This document shows positions 1-10,299 of a stretch of DNA of 64,000 nt, in pieces; position 1 is the stretch's first letter; every line of letters starts with the position of its first letter. A program made the position numbers and the translations under genes. Origin of the DNA: Octopus sinensis. Taxonomy: Eukaryota. The notes below the pieces were generated by a model, which worked only from the letters and a program-made list of their open reading frames with translations, had not been told where the DNA came from and searched no databases. The stretch is from NCBI RefSeq assembly GCF_006345805.1, contig NC_043007.1:14136001-14200000 (forward strand), written 5' to 3'.

Positions 1-540
1 GTCTGTGGGGGATTGAGATGTCACTGTGATAGGCCTTCATGGTTTGTCTTGTCGCCTAAATGCCGGTCATTTCGTTCGTCACATCAAGCTAAACCTGACC
101 ATTAAAGGGGCCATAGCTCAGGCTAATATTTCCTCAGTTCTGGAGCCGGCGGAATTATCCAGAAGTGATGGGAAGAGACCAGGTGGTCTTACGCTTTGTC
201 CCATGCGTAAGAGATAGGTGCCTCCTCTGGGGGCATCACAGTTGGTGACTCCTTTGTTCCCTTCAACATCCTGGATGCTGCTGTAAAAGGGAGGATCACT
301 GCTTCGGTAGCCGAACGGAACAAAATCCTAAAGTATCGGGACTTGGTGGAACCATTTCTTCCAGCCTTTGGCGTTTGAGATGTTTGGAGCTGGACCGCTG
401 ACAACGAAGTTCTTGTCATCGTTAGTGGCTCTCGCCTTACCGAGACGTCGGGTGATGCTCGTGAAGACACTTGGCATTTCCAACGCTGTAACCTCGCCCA
501 TCACCCACGTGATGCCGTGATCGTGTTGGCTTGCTTCACC
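1..540 (+). mobile_element. Degenerate 3' end of a CRE/R2-group non-LTR retrotransposon (restriction-like endonuclease domain)
   Basis: Frame from 26 reads HGLSCRLNAGHFVRH...LEPAELSRSDGKRPGGLTL, and downstream frames read AERNKILKYRDL and ETSGDAREDTWHFQRC. These match the H-x2-S-C...RH knuckle, KRPDG endonuclease motif and C-terminal FQR block of CRE-type elements. Broken by stops and frameshifts. Confidence 0.75.
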
Positions 541-626
541 AAGTCCCGTTAACCCTTATTGTGCGCGACCAATTGATGCATTAAGTGCTAAATTGATGTT
601 TTCTTTCTTTCTTCGCTCATGATTAT

Positions 627-897
627 GGCGATCTTTCGTCTCTAGTAGACCTTTCCGTCGATTTACACAACATACTGTCTGTCTCCCACACCCCATCAAA
701 CACACACATACACACACACATGTACATCAATGCGTCCCATGCACGGTAACTTCAAAAGAACTTCCCTCGTCATACAATCGCTTTCTCTTAGTCTCTTTCG
801 CTCTCATTACTTCAAAAGTTCCCGCAAGCCCATATGTAAAAAAAAAAATTTTTTTACGGAAATCGACGGAAAGGTCTACTAGAGACGAAAGATTGCC
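627..897. repeat. 38-bp inverted repeat pair (627-664 / 860-897), probably subterminal repeats of a MITE
   Basis: ggcgatctttcgtctctagtagacctttccgtcgattt is the reverse complement of aaatcgacggaaaggtctactagagacgaaagattgcc with one mismatch. Confidence 0.75.
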
Positions 898-1183
898 ATG
901 ATTATATTTTCTTTTGTTTGGGATTTATATTTTAATGTGGAATATTTATGTAATTAAGTATGCTGTGACAAAACTATTTCACAAATAAAATTTACAGGTT
1001 TACAACTCATGCAAAAGAGAAAAAAATCAGTTCTAAGGATATCCTCACTGTTACGCTCCTAAATTCAAAATAACTGCAGAATTCTACTCGCCACCTCCGA
1101 CTTTAGTTTCCTCATAACTTTCTTTAAAATGCATGCTGTTTTTAACGAAATGGCGACCTTTGGTCTTAGGTATATCTAACTGC

Positions 1184-2125
1184 AGAGACGGCGAGCTGGC
1201 AGAAACGTTAGCACGCCGGGCGAAATGCGTAGCGGTATTTCGTCTACCGCTACGTTCTGAGTTCAAATTCCGCCGAGGTCGACTTTGCCTTTCATCCTTT
1301 CGGGGTCGATAAATTAAGTACCAGTTACGAACTGGGGTCGATGTAATCGACTTAATACCTATGTCTGTCCTTGTTTGTTCCCTCTGTGTTTAGCCCCTTG
1401 TGGGTAATAAAGAAATAGGTATTTCGTCTACCGCTACGTTCTGAGTTCAAATTCCGCCGAGGTCAACTTTGCCTTTCATCCGCCGCACTGGAGTCGATGT
1501 AATCGACTTAATACGTTTCTCTGTCCTTGTTTGTCCCCTCTGCGTTTAGCCCCTTGTGGGCAATAAAGAAATAGGTATTTCGTCTGCCGTTACGTTCTGA
1601 GTTCAAATTCCGCCGAGGTCAACTTTGCCTTTCATCCTTTCGGAGTCGATTAAATAAGTACCGGTTACGCACTGGGGTCAATGTAATCGACTTAATCCGT
1701 TTGTCTGTCCTTGTTTGTCCTCTCTGTGTTTAGTCCCTTGTGGGTAGTAAAGAAATAGGTATATCTTCTGCCGTTACGTTCTGAGTTCAAGTTCCGCCGA
1801 AGTCGACTTTGCCTTTCATCCTATCGGGGTCGATAAATAAAGTACCAGTTTCGCACTGGGGTCGGTGTAATCGACTTAATTCGTTTGTCTGTCCTTGTTT
1901 GTCCCCTCTGTGTTTAGCCCCTTGTGGGCAATAAAGAAATAGGTATTTCGTCTGCCGCTACGTTCTGAGTTCAAATTCCGCCGAGGTCAACTTTGCCTTT
2001 TATCCTTTCGGGATCAATTAAATAAGTACCAGTTACTCACTGGGGTAGATGTAATCGACTTAATCCCTTTGTCTGTCCTTGTTTGTCCCCTCTATGTTTA
2101 GCCCCTTGTGGGCAATAAAGAAATA
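1184..2125 (+). mobile_element. Tandem pentamer of a SINE (one headed unit plus four head-less units) inside a single 13-bp TSD
   Basis: Units restart at ggtat near 1418, 1575, 1758 and 1941, each ending aataaagaaata or agtaaagaaata. tatatctaactgc occurs at 1171-1183 and 2126-2138. The core ctttcatcctttcggggtcgataaattaagtaccag resembles the Deu/Nin SINE central domain. Confidence 0.85.
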
Positions 2126-4286
2126 TATATCTAACTGCTGTTGTAAGCCAAAATAATCCGGGGACTTGCAAAAATAGACTGGGATGTCCCGAGAAAGTGT
2201 ATTAAATGATATTATTAATGATTTTCCTTTTTTAATTGTTGAATTTTTGGAAGCTATTACGCCAGTATTAAAATACAGAAAGGAAATATTCCTTGATATT
2301 ATTTTGGCGTGTGGTGTACGAGGGAAATTACTTTAGGTTACTTTTTACTTTACTTTTCAATTTCTAAAAACCCGTAAGATGTTGGCTAAAGAGAGGAGAG
2401 AGAGAGAGAGGTGTACCAAACACACACACGGCTCTCTTCATCTCTCTCCCTCTCTGTATATATATATTATTTTGAAAAGCTGTCACTTTGTACCCGGAAC
2501 AGTGGCCTTTGAATTCCAAGGCAATGAAAACTGGTGACAAAATTCTTTCTGTACCAAAAACAAGGCAGAAGTTCGTGTGTGTGATATATAGGGAACCAAA
2601 TATTGTTCGCTCATTGTCACCAAGCATCTCAATTCTTCAGTTGTAACTAGTTTGTGATCGAGGAATTTTATTTTGCAAGGTACTATTTTCCTTCGAATTT
2701 GTGATTTCTTCATATTTTGCATCTCTAGTATTTAGACTTTAATTTGAATGGTAGTATTGTCTATCCAATCGCAACAGCTAACAGTGAATTATAGAATTTA
2801 AAAAAGGCTTTTTCGACTCTTATCAACTCTTCGAGAACATTCACATATGTTTTTCAAAAATATATTATTTGAAATAGTTTGATTTTGTTTTGGACAGAAA
2901 ATTTTCTGTATTTTAATGTTCTTGAATAAATTCCTTCGCATACAAAAGCTGAGACAACTATACTTCACAGTTGTTTGATATTTGTGAGTCCATTGAATAA
3001 ATATTCAACCCTATTAAATATTGGTCTTCCTAAGCATGAAATAATATGGTAGTTCCAGCCCTAAATAAATTTAACTTGTACTTTTAAAGATGTTCTTTAG
3101 GATAACGAGAAATATTGAACTTCAGATAGAATAAAGTAAAATATAGCTATGAATAAAAGGTACGTGGATTATGAATTTTGATTGAAGAGATGGGGCCTCG
3201 AAATAAAAAGTTGCAGGGAGCCTTTAAAGCCCTACTTTAACATGGCTATCCGTTTGAGCGGACTCTACTGCGATTTTTTAACCCCAAGAGGACATTTCCT
3301 TTAGCTGGTTTTGAAAAATTACATTTACAATGCTAAGTATATGTAACGGTTTTAATTGTTTGGTAAACGTTATTATTTTGTTGGAGTCACCAATTGTAAC
3401 GGGAGAAATTGATTTGTAAACAATATGGTTAAGTGTCGAAGTCAGCTGTTGTGATGATAAAAATTTGTTGTTATTATTGCATACGGTAATATGTGAAAGA
3501 TGAACAATGCATGAAGTTTTAAGGAAATATTTATTTACCGTTACGATACCTTGCCTCGACGAGCAGGTTATGATAAAGCCAAAAGCATGAGAAGTAAAGT
3601 TTGTGCTTGTGTCCTCTTCATTGTTTAGTAGTAATTGCTGAGACAGATAGAATCATGTTGTAAGAGAACAGAATTAGAGCTAGTGAGAATTGTAGGGGGT
3701 TGTCTCATAGTTGCTGACAGTAAACTTCATTTCTCCCTCTGACCAATGTTCTAGCTGGTCAGCCAGACTTCGTTGAGTCGTCACCAACTGTGAAGAACTG
3801 ATTTTTGCTTGGGATGTGCTGGCTTATATAACTATCCAGAAGGATAGATATATCATAGAAAACAATAGATTTAGTTGGTGGTCTTGTTATCTCTACTCTA
3901 GCTTTTTGGTAAAGTAGAAGAGGTTAGAAAGGGTCAAGTGGTGAAGACATTATTTCGGCCTAGCTAAAGGCAATCTGGCAAATGTAAAACTGCTGTCAGA
4001 GGAAAACCATTGTTCCACCGTGGGAAAAGTTCTGTTGCAGTGTTAATATAAATTTGGCTATGGTGGATCGAATCCACTTCATGCCTGCAAGATTCGCTAC
4101 ATATGTACAAAATAATTTTAAAAGTAACCTCAAGTAATCTCGCCTGTAGATCACATGCCAAAGTAACACCCATTTCTTATGAAAAAATATATTTGAAAGC
4201 AACAGTAAATTGAAAAATTCAAGAGCTGGAAGAAACGCTGCTAAGCATTTTGTCTGATACACAAATGATTCTATCCGCTCACCACC

Positions 4287-4287
<1 letters not shown>

Positions 4288-4341
<54 letters not shown>
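4288..4341. repeat. (TAA)n microsatellite
   Basis: Direct reading of the sequence. Confidence 0.95.
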
Positions 4342-4344
<3 letters not shown>

Positions 4345-4345
<1 letters not shown>

Positions 4346-4705
4346 AGCACTCACAGAGAGCAAACCTGTGCCAAGGCAACACTGACGTCCTCTCAACGAT
4401 TAGCCAGAGAGGATTTTTAAAATGAGAATATCTGAAATAAACTCGACTGCTCTCTCAAACAAGAATAGTAAAAATGAACGTGACATTTCTCAAAAATTAA
4501 GTAAAAACACAGGAAAAATAATCCAGAATCCTTGTCCAGTACCAGGTCGATCCCAAAATCTAATCAGTTCGTGGCAGTCACGAGGCCAAACATCCTCGAA
4601 AGTTTCATCTGAATCCATCCAGCGGTTCTTGAGATATCTTGTCCACAGACAAACACAACTGAAAACAATACCTCCGCCTTCACCAAGGCAGAGGAAACAA
4701 TTCTA
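4345..4705. mobile_element. Putative non-autonomous Helitron/Helentron-like repeat
   Basis: Contains caaaatctaatcagtt...gaaagtttcatc...acagacaaac followed by a terminal hairpin cctccgcctt/aaggcagagg. This layout is recalled from aquatic-animal non-autonomous rolling-circle repeats. Confidence 0.4.
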
Positions 4706-5904
4706 ATTTTGGCACAATGCCAGCAATTTTTAGTGGAGTGGGAAGACAATTATATCGACCATAGTGCTCAACAGGTGTTTGTTTTATCAACCCCCAAATT
4801 ATTGAATGGCAAAGTTAGCGTTGGCAGCATTTGAGCTCAGAATATAAAGAGCTGGAAGAAACGTCACTTAGTATTTATGTCCAAACTGGTAACGATTCTG
4901 CCAGCTCACTGCCCTAAAGCAGCAACAAAAACACATATCAACTGCAGAGAACAACCATAAAAGCATAGCCAATATTTTCATAAACTGGATGCCCTGCATT
5001 TGTTTTTAAGTCTGTTTTATTTTTACCTCTATGTTAAATGAGCATATTATTGAGGCATTTTTTTACAGCTGGATGCTCTTCCTATTGCTAACCTTTACCT
5101 GTTTTTCAAGTAAAGGAACTTATTGCCACACATCTTGAAAAGCACAAAGCAACTGGTTTGTTCAATGGTACCGCTGATTGTAGCTCATGATTCTCAGAGA
5201 GGGTCCACTGTAAACAGACGCAAAGTGCAACATGCACACATGCTCACTCACAAACATGTACACACACACACACACACATACTATGCATGTTTGCAGGTGT
5301 GTAACTAACTGGAACTCTGTCACATGACAAATGTCATTTTCCATAGCCTTGTGTTATGCATTGTTTCGTTCGTGATGGGGTGATAGACAACTCAATGAAG
5401 GCATTGTTATTGTTTTACGTGTTTATTTTGCTTAACCTGTTTTCGAACTGTCGATATACAGCGGAGTGATACACATTGTGCGTATCCGCCTTCGCAGTTC
5501 ATACTGTTTACTAACAAATAGTGCCGATAGCGGGGATGCACTCATACATACGCATACCTACGTATACACATAGATATGAATTGAGTTGACCCACACCTTG
5601 TGAGCGAAGTTGAATAGAGGACTGACACGCTTTCAACAATGGGCAGCCACAGCGTTCAGCCAGCTAAGAATTTGAACTCAAAGTGTAAACAGCTGGAAGA
5701 AATACTGCAAGGCAGTTTTCCTGAAGCTCTAACGGTTTTGCTTAATAAAGATAATACTGATAATAGCTATTTATGATAATGCTATCAATCGATGCATGCT
5801 GCAACATTTCTTGATCTTCCCCTTTCTATCATAACAGAATGACTTTGCAATCTCCTCGATTCATGATTAAGCTCTTGTATGACTAAAATGTTGAAATAGG
5901 TTTG

Positions 5905-6337
5905 GGATCTTTTCGGTTTGACCGGCAGTTTTTTCTTGCGGTGTCATATGAAATTGTCACCCATAATTATGACCCTAGTATCGATCTATTGCATTTCAAT
6001 CTGTTTTAGGTTTAGGGTTAGTTAGGATTAGGGTTAGGGGTGGGGGGAAGGGTATCTTTTTTTCTTCAGAAATGTAAATAAACCCAATCTGTTTCTTAAA
6101 CGAAGGACAAATTCATACGGCACAGAATGTTTTCACCTCAATAGACATCACTGATTGGTTGAAATTGCAGAAATTGAAGAAAAAAAACAACAAATATCTT
6201 ACAAACTATAGAATTTTCTCAATAAAGCCAAGAGAAAAAGATGTTTTTTAAACACATTCTACCAATATACGAAGTTTAAAAGTGTTTAGTTACGTGGATA
6301 TTATTTTTAAAAACAGCCGGTCAAACCGAAAAGATCC
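5905..6337. mobile_element. MITE with 29-bp TIRs and 8-bp TSD (hAT/P/Merlin-type TSD length), containing short TTAGGG-like repeats
   Basis: TIR ggatcttttcggtttgaccggcagttttt (5905-5933) pairs with aaaaacagccggtcaaaccgaaaagatcc (6309-6337). TSD taggtttg at 5897-5904 and 6338-6345. Confidence 0.9.
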
Positions 6338-6459
6338 TAGGTTTGTTCCTTTCTCATTTATTTATATCGTTGTGGGTTTTTTTGTTTTTTTCAATAATTT
6401 TTAGTAATAATAATTATTATGTTTTATTAATACCTTCAGATATTTGAAGAAGTTGCAAA

Positions 6460-7989
6460 ATGACTATGATGCGGAAAATTCTATTTAGCAGCATACTACT
6501 TCTGGCATTTTGGAACAAGAATAAAGTTGCTGAGGCTGACAACGTACTTCTACTGTCGTGGCCCCTCTTTAGTCATGTACAGGCTTTGGCTTCTATGGGC
6601 AGAGAACTGAGTAAATTTTCTCATACAAGTTACTTGCCCATTACCGAAGACCTCGTTGAGCATTTCAAGACATACAAAGGAGTAAAAATTATGCAAATGA
6701 AAAGTGACCCAAACCTTCTGACATTTACGGAAAAGGGAATGCAGCTACTTTATAAAGATTCAAATGTAACATTTAAGCAGCTTCAAGAAATCATGGACGT
6801 TATTTGTGATAACTTATTATTCGATGAAGATTGGTTTCAGTCATTGAAAGCTGTCAATGCCACAATCGCAGTGATAGATTATGTGTTTATGAGTAACTGT
6901 CTGGCTATCATACCATACAGATTATCTATTCCATATGTATTTCAAGGACTTAATTTTCAACATTATGCTATCAGTCGAACACCCTGGCTGCCGTCAACAT
7001 TTCCTCACCAGGGACTTATTAACTCAGATAAAATGAATTTCTACGACAGACTTGAAAACAGTTTCGTAACGATGTCTGCATATTTCAGACGACTAAATGG
7101 AGCTCCACAGAAAAGTGTTAAAACGTTTGCTCCACAAAAGCCTGATATAACTTTTACGAGTTTGATGCAGCAAGCTGATTTATATCTGATTGAGACAGAC
7201 ACAGTACTGGACTATCCAATTCCGACACTTCCTAATGTCGTATCCATCGGTGGAATTTCAACCCGACCAGCTTCTGCATTGAAAGGGGACTTACGTAAAT
7301 TTGTCGATGAATCTAATCATGGGATTATCGTTGTTTCGTTTGGAAGTTTTTTGGAAGAGTTACCAAAGGAAGTCATTGCAAAGATGGAACTGGCATTTCA
7401 AGAAATAAAATATAGCGTCGTTTGGAAACGGCCAGATGCAAAACAATTGGCACCAAACATCTTTGTCACAAAATGGTTGCCACAAAATGATCTTTTGGGT
7501 CATTCAAAAACAAAACTCTTCATTACACATTGTGGAAATAATGGTCAGTTTGAAGCTCTTTATCATGGAGTTCCAATGCTCGGATTCCCAGTATTTGCCG
7601 AACAATATCATAATGGACATCGAATACACATCAAGGGATATGGTATATCAATGGATTTGTTTAATTACAGTAAAGACGAACTTGTATCAAATATAAATGA
7701 ACTGATTGAGAATCCAAAATATAAAGCTAAAATAAAAATTGCAAGTGAAATATATCGGTCACAACCAGAACACCCAGCAGCTAAAGGTGCGAGGTATATA
7801 GACCACGTAATAAAATACGGTGGAGATCATTTAAGATCTTCTTGTCAAACTATGCCACTTTATCAATATTTCATGCTGGATATATATTTAGTAATATTTA
7901 TGATTTTCATTATTTTAACATTAATGATGAGTATTGTCATTCGAAAATGTTATTTACATTTTACAAAGAAAAATATTAAGCTTGATTAA
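6460..7989 (+). CDS. UDP-glycosyltransferase (UGT family, membrane-bound), type 1 paralog, intronless CDS, 509 aa
   Basis: Has an N-terminal signal peptide, catalytic-His region FSHVQ, the UGT signature WLPQNDLLGHSKTKLFITHCGNNGQFEALYHGVPMLGFPVFAEQ, a C-terminal TM helix and a Lys-rich tail. A candidate splice acceptor ccttcag lies just upstream (~6439). Confidence 0.95.
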   Translation: MTMMRKILFSSILLLAFWNKNKVAEADNVLLLSWPLFSHVQALASMGRELSKFSHTSYLPITEDLVEHFKTYKGVKIMQMKSDPNLLTFTEKGMQLLYKDSNVTFKQLQEIMDVICDNLLFDEDWFQSLKAVNATIAVIDYVFMSNCLAIIPYRLSIPYVFQGLNFQHYAISRTPWLPSTFPHQGLINSDKMNFYDRLENSFVTMSAYFRRLNGAPQKSVKTFAPQKPDITFTSLMQQADLYLIETDTVLDYPIPTLPNVVSIGGISTRPASALKGDLRKFVDESNHGIIVVSFGSFLEELPKEVIAKMELAFQEIKYSVVWKRPDAKQLAPNIFVTKWLPQNDLLGHSKTKLFITHCGNNGQFEALYHGVPMLGFPVFAEQYHNGHRIHIKGYGISMDLFNYSKDELVSNINELIENPKYKAKIKIASEIYRSQPEHPAAKGARYIDHVIKYGGDHLRSSCQTMPLYQYFMLDIYLVIFMIFIILTLMMSIVIRKCYLHFTKKNIKLD

Positions 7990-8303
7990 TTTCATTAATA
8001 TTGTATCTGGTTAATCATACAAAATATCCACCTGATAATATTTCATTAAAAAAAATGTTTAAGCCATTAATCTTTACAATTCTATACAAAATTTCAAACC
8101 ATTACTTTTCAATAAAGAGATTTTTTTCCTTGGTAAAAAAATTTTGCAAATTTATTAGAAAGAATAAAATTGTCTTTCTTTTGTGTCTTTTCCAAAGTTT
8201 TCACAGCATAATACATTGGGACCAAACCCAGAATCTTATGGCTGGAAAACAAGCTTTTTACCACACAGCCATATGTGCATCTATACTCTTTACTCTTTTA
8301 CTC

Positions 8304-8512
8304 TTTTACTTGTTTCAGTCATTTGACTGCGGCCATGCTGGAGCACCGCCTTTAATCGAGCAACTCGACCCTGGGACTTATTCTTTTGTAAGCCCAGTAC
8401 TTATTCTATCGGTCCCTTTTGCCGAACCGCTAAGTAAGGGGGACGTAAACACACCAGCATCGGTTGTCAAGCAATGCTAGGGGGACAAACACAGACACAC
8501 AAACACACATAC

Positions 8513-8545
<33 letters not shown>

Positions 8546-8718
8546 TACATATATACGACAGGCTTCTTTCAGTTTCCGTCTACCAAATCCACTCACAATG
8601 CATTGGTCGGCCCGGGGCTATAGCAGAAGACACTTGCCCTAGGTGCCACGCAGTGGGATTGAACCCGGAACCATGTGGTTGGTTAGCAAGCTACTTACCA
8701 CACAGTCACTCCTGCGCC
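8304..8718 (-). mobile_element. tRNA-derived SINE with internal (TA)n
   Basis: The reverse strand starts ggcgcaggagtgactgtgtggtaag...gggttcaatccc (A/B-box-like). The family recurs at 10126, 28375, 32396, 46446, 52803 and 59220. Confidence 0.85.
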
Positions 8719-9049
8719 TATGAATATTTAATTTTCAAAAAGCAAATATGTATTACCTTATAATATTATTAAATAAAACACATTTCTCATTTCGTTAAAT
8801 TCACCCCATTACTACTACCTCATTTACTCCCTCTCTTCCTTCCTGTTTTCTATGATTCTTTCTCTCTCACCATGTTTAGCTTTCCTTTATTCATTGCCTG
8901 CCACCAAGCCCAGTACATGCACTCGTCCTGCACCTCTTCTACTATCTCTCTCTGTATCTCTATTATACTCTCTCTCCCTCTCTCTCTTCACTCTATACAA
9001 TGTAAAGCATGACTGGAGAAATCAAGCAACCAGCATTTATATCAGCTAG

Positions 9050-9358
9050 ACACCAGTGCTGGTGACACATAAAACCACCATTCAAGCGTAGCAGTTACTA
9101 ACATCGCCTGACTGACGTCCGTGTCGGTGACACGTAAAAAGCACCAACCGATCGTGGCCGTTTGCCAGCCCTCTCTGGCCCCTGTGCCGGAGGCACGTAA
9201 AAAGCACCCACTACACTCATGGAGTGGTTGGCGTTAGGAAGGGCATCCAGCTGTAGAAACACTGCCAAATCAGACTGGAGCCTGGTGCAGCCTCCATGGC
9301 TTACCAGACCCTGGTTGAACCGTCCAACCCATGCTAGCATGGAAAACGGACGTTAAAT
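9050..9358 (+). mobile_element. RTE 3'-UTR-derived short element
   Basis: gagtggttggcgttaggaagggcatccagctgtagaaac...gcatggaaaacggacgttaaa matches the 3' UTR of the RTE at 15682-16240 in reverse complement. Confidence 0.75.
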
Positions 9359-9575
9359 TAACAGAACCATTAGCATGTCAGGCAAAATTTCTTAACAGTA
9401 TTTCGTCCATCTTTATGGTCTGAGTTCAAATTCTGCCAAGGTCAACCTTATCTTTCATCATTTCAGTGTCATTAAAATACGTACCAGTTGAGCACTGAGG
9501 CCCATGTAATTGACTTACCTAACCCCCTAAATATTGCTGGCCTTGTGCTAAAATTTGAACCCAATACTATATAGA

Positions 9576-9830
9576 GAGGTGGAGGCGCATGGCTTAGTGG
9601 TTAGGGTGTCAGCATCATGATCGTAAGATTGTGGTTTCGATTCCTGGATCGGGCGACGCGTGTTCTTGAGCAAAACACTTCATTTCACGTTGCTCCAGTC
9701 CACTCAGCTGGCAAAAATGAGTAACGCTGTGATGGACTGGCGTCCCATCCAGCTGGGGATCACATACGCCATAGAAACCGGGAAACCGGGCTCACGAGCC
9801 TGGCTAGGCTTTAAAAGGGCGCATTTATTT
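9576..9830 (+). mobile_element. tRNA-derived SINE (second family)
   Basis: A box tggcttagtgg, B box ggtttcgattcc, then the body ttgagcaaaacactt...gatggactggcgtcccatccag. No tRNA acceptor stem. Confidence 0.8.
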
Positions 9831-10125
9831 TCATTATTATATAGAGATGAAAGGCAGTGAGCTAGCAGAATTGTTAAGCCTGTTGTGCAAAAATGCTAAG
9901 CAGCATTTCACCTATCTTTACATTCTGAGTTCAAATACTGCCAAGGTTGATTTTGTCCTTCATTCTTTTGGGGGCACGGGGCCTTAAAATAAGTACCAGT
10001 TAAGCATTGGGGTCAAAGTAATTGTTCTCTTCCACAAAATTGCTGGCCGGGCCTTGTACTAAAATTTGTAAGCATTATTATATAGTGATGAGGTGCAAAT
10101 AAGATGTGATTCCTTTAATGGTGTT

Positions 10126-10292
10126 AGCACAGGCATGGCTGTGTGGTAAGAAACTTGCTTCCCAACCACATGGTCCTGGGTTCAGTTCCACTGCGTGGAA
10201 TCTAGGATGTATTCTACTATAGCCTCAGGCTGACCAAAGCTTTGTATGTGGATTTCATAGATGGAAACTGAAAGAAGCCTATTGTGTGTATA
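10126..10292 (+). mobile_element. SINE head, interrupted at its microsatellite by the Penelope-like element
   Basis: gcatggctgtgtggtaagaaacttgcttcccaaccacatggtcctgggttcagttcc is the same family as 8304-8718. Confidence 0.75.
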
Positions 10293-10299
10293 TATAGGC

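Noticed and set aside
1184-2125. Regularly spaced repeats suggesting a CRISPR array
   Set aside because: The whole ~180-bp unit repeats with no unique spacers, it matches a dispersed SINE, and the context is eukaryotic with no cas genes.
6006-6040. Interstitial telomere (also ccctaaccctaacc near 43571)
   Set aside because: Only a few degenerate TTAGGG units. The first set lies inside a TIR-bounded MITE.
8001-8763. ORFs 8001-8480 and 8464-8763 as genes
   Set aside because: They are AT-rich UTR-like sequence running into a SINE in antisense.
9576-9660. tRNA gene (also 8640-8718, 14620-14694 and similar heads)
   Set aside because: A/B boxes are present but there is no closing acceptor stem, and each continues into a SINE body.
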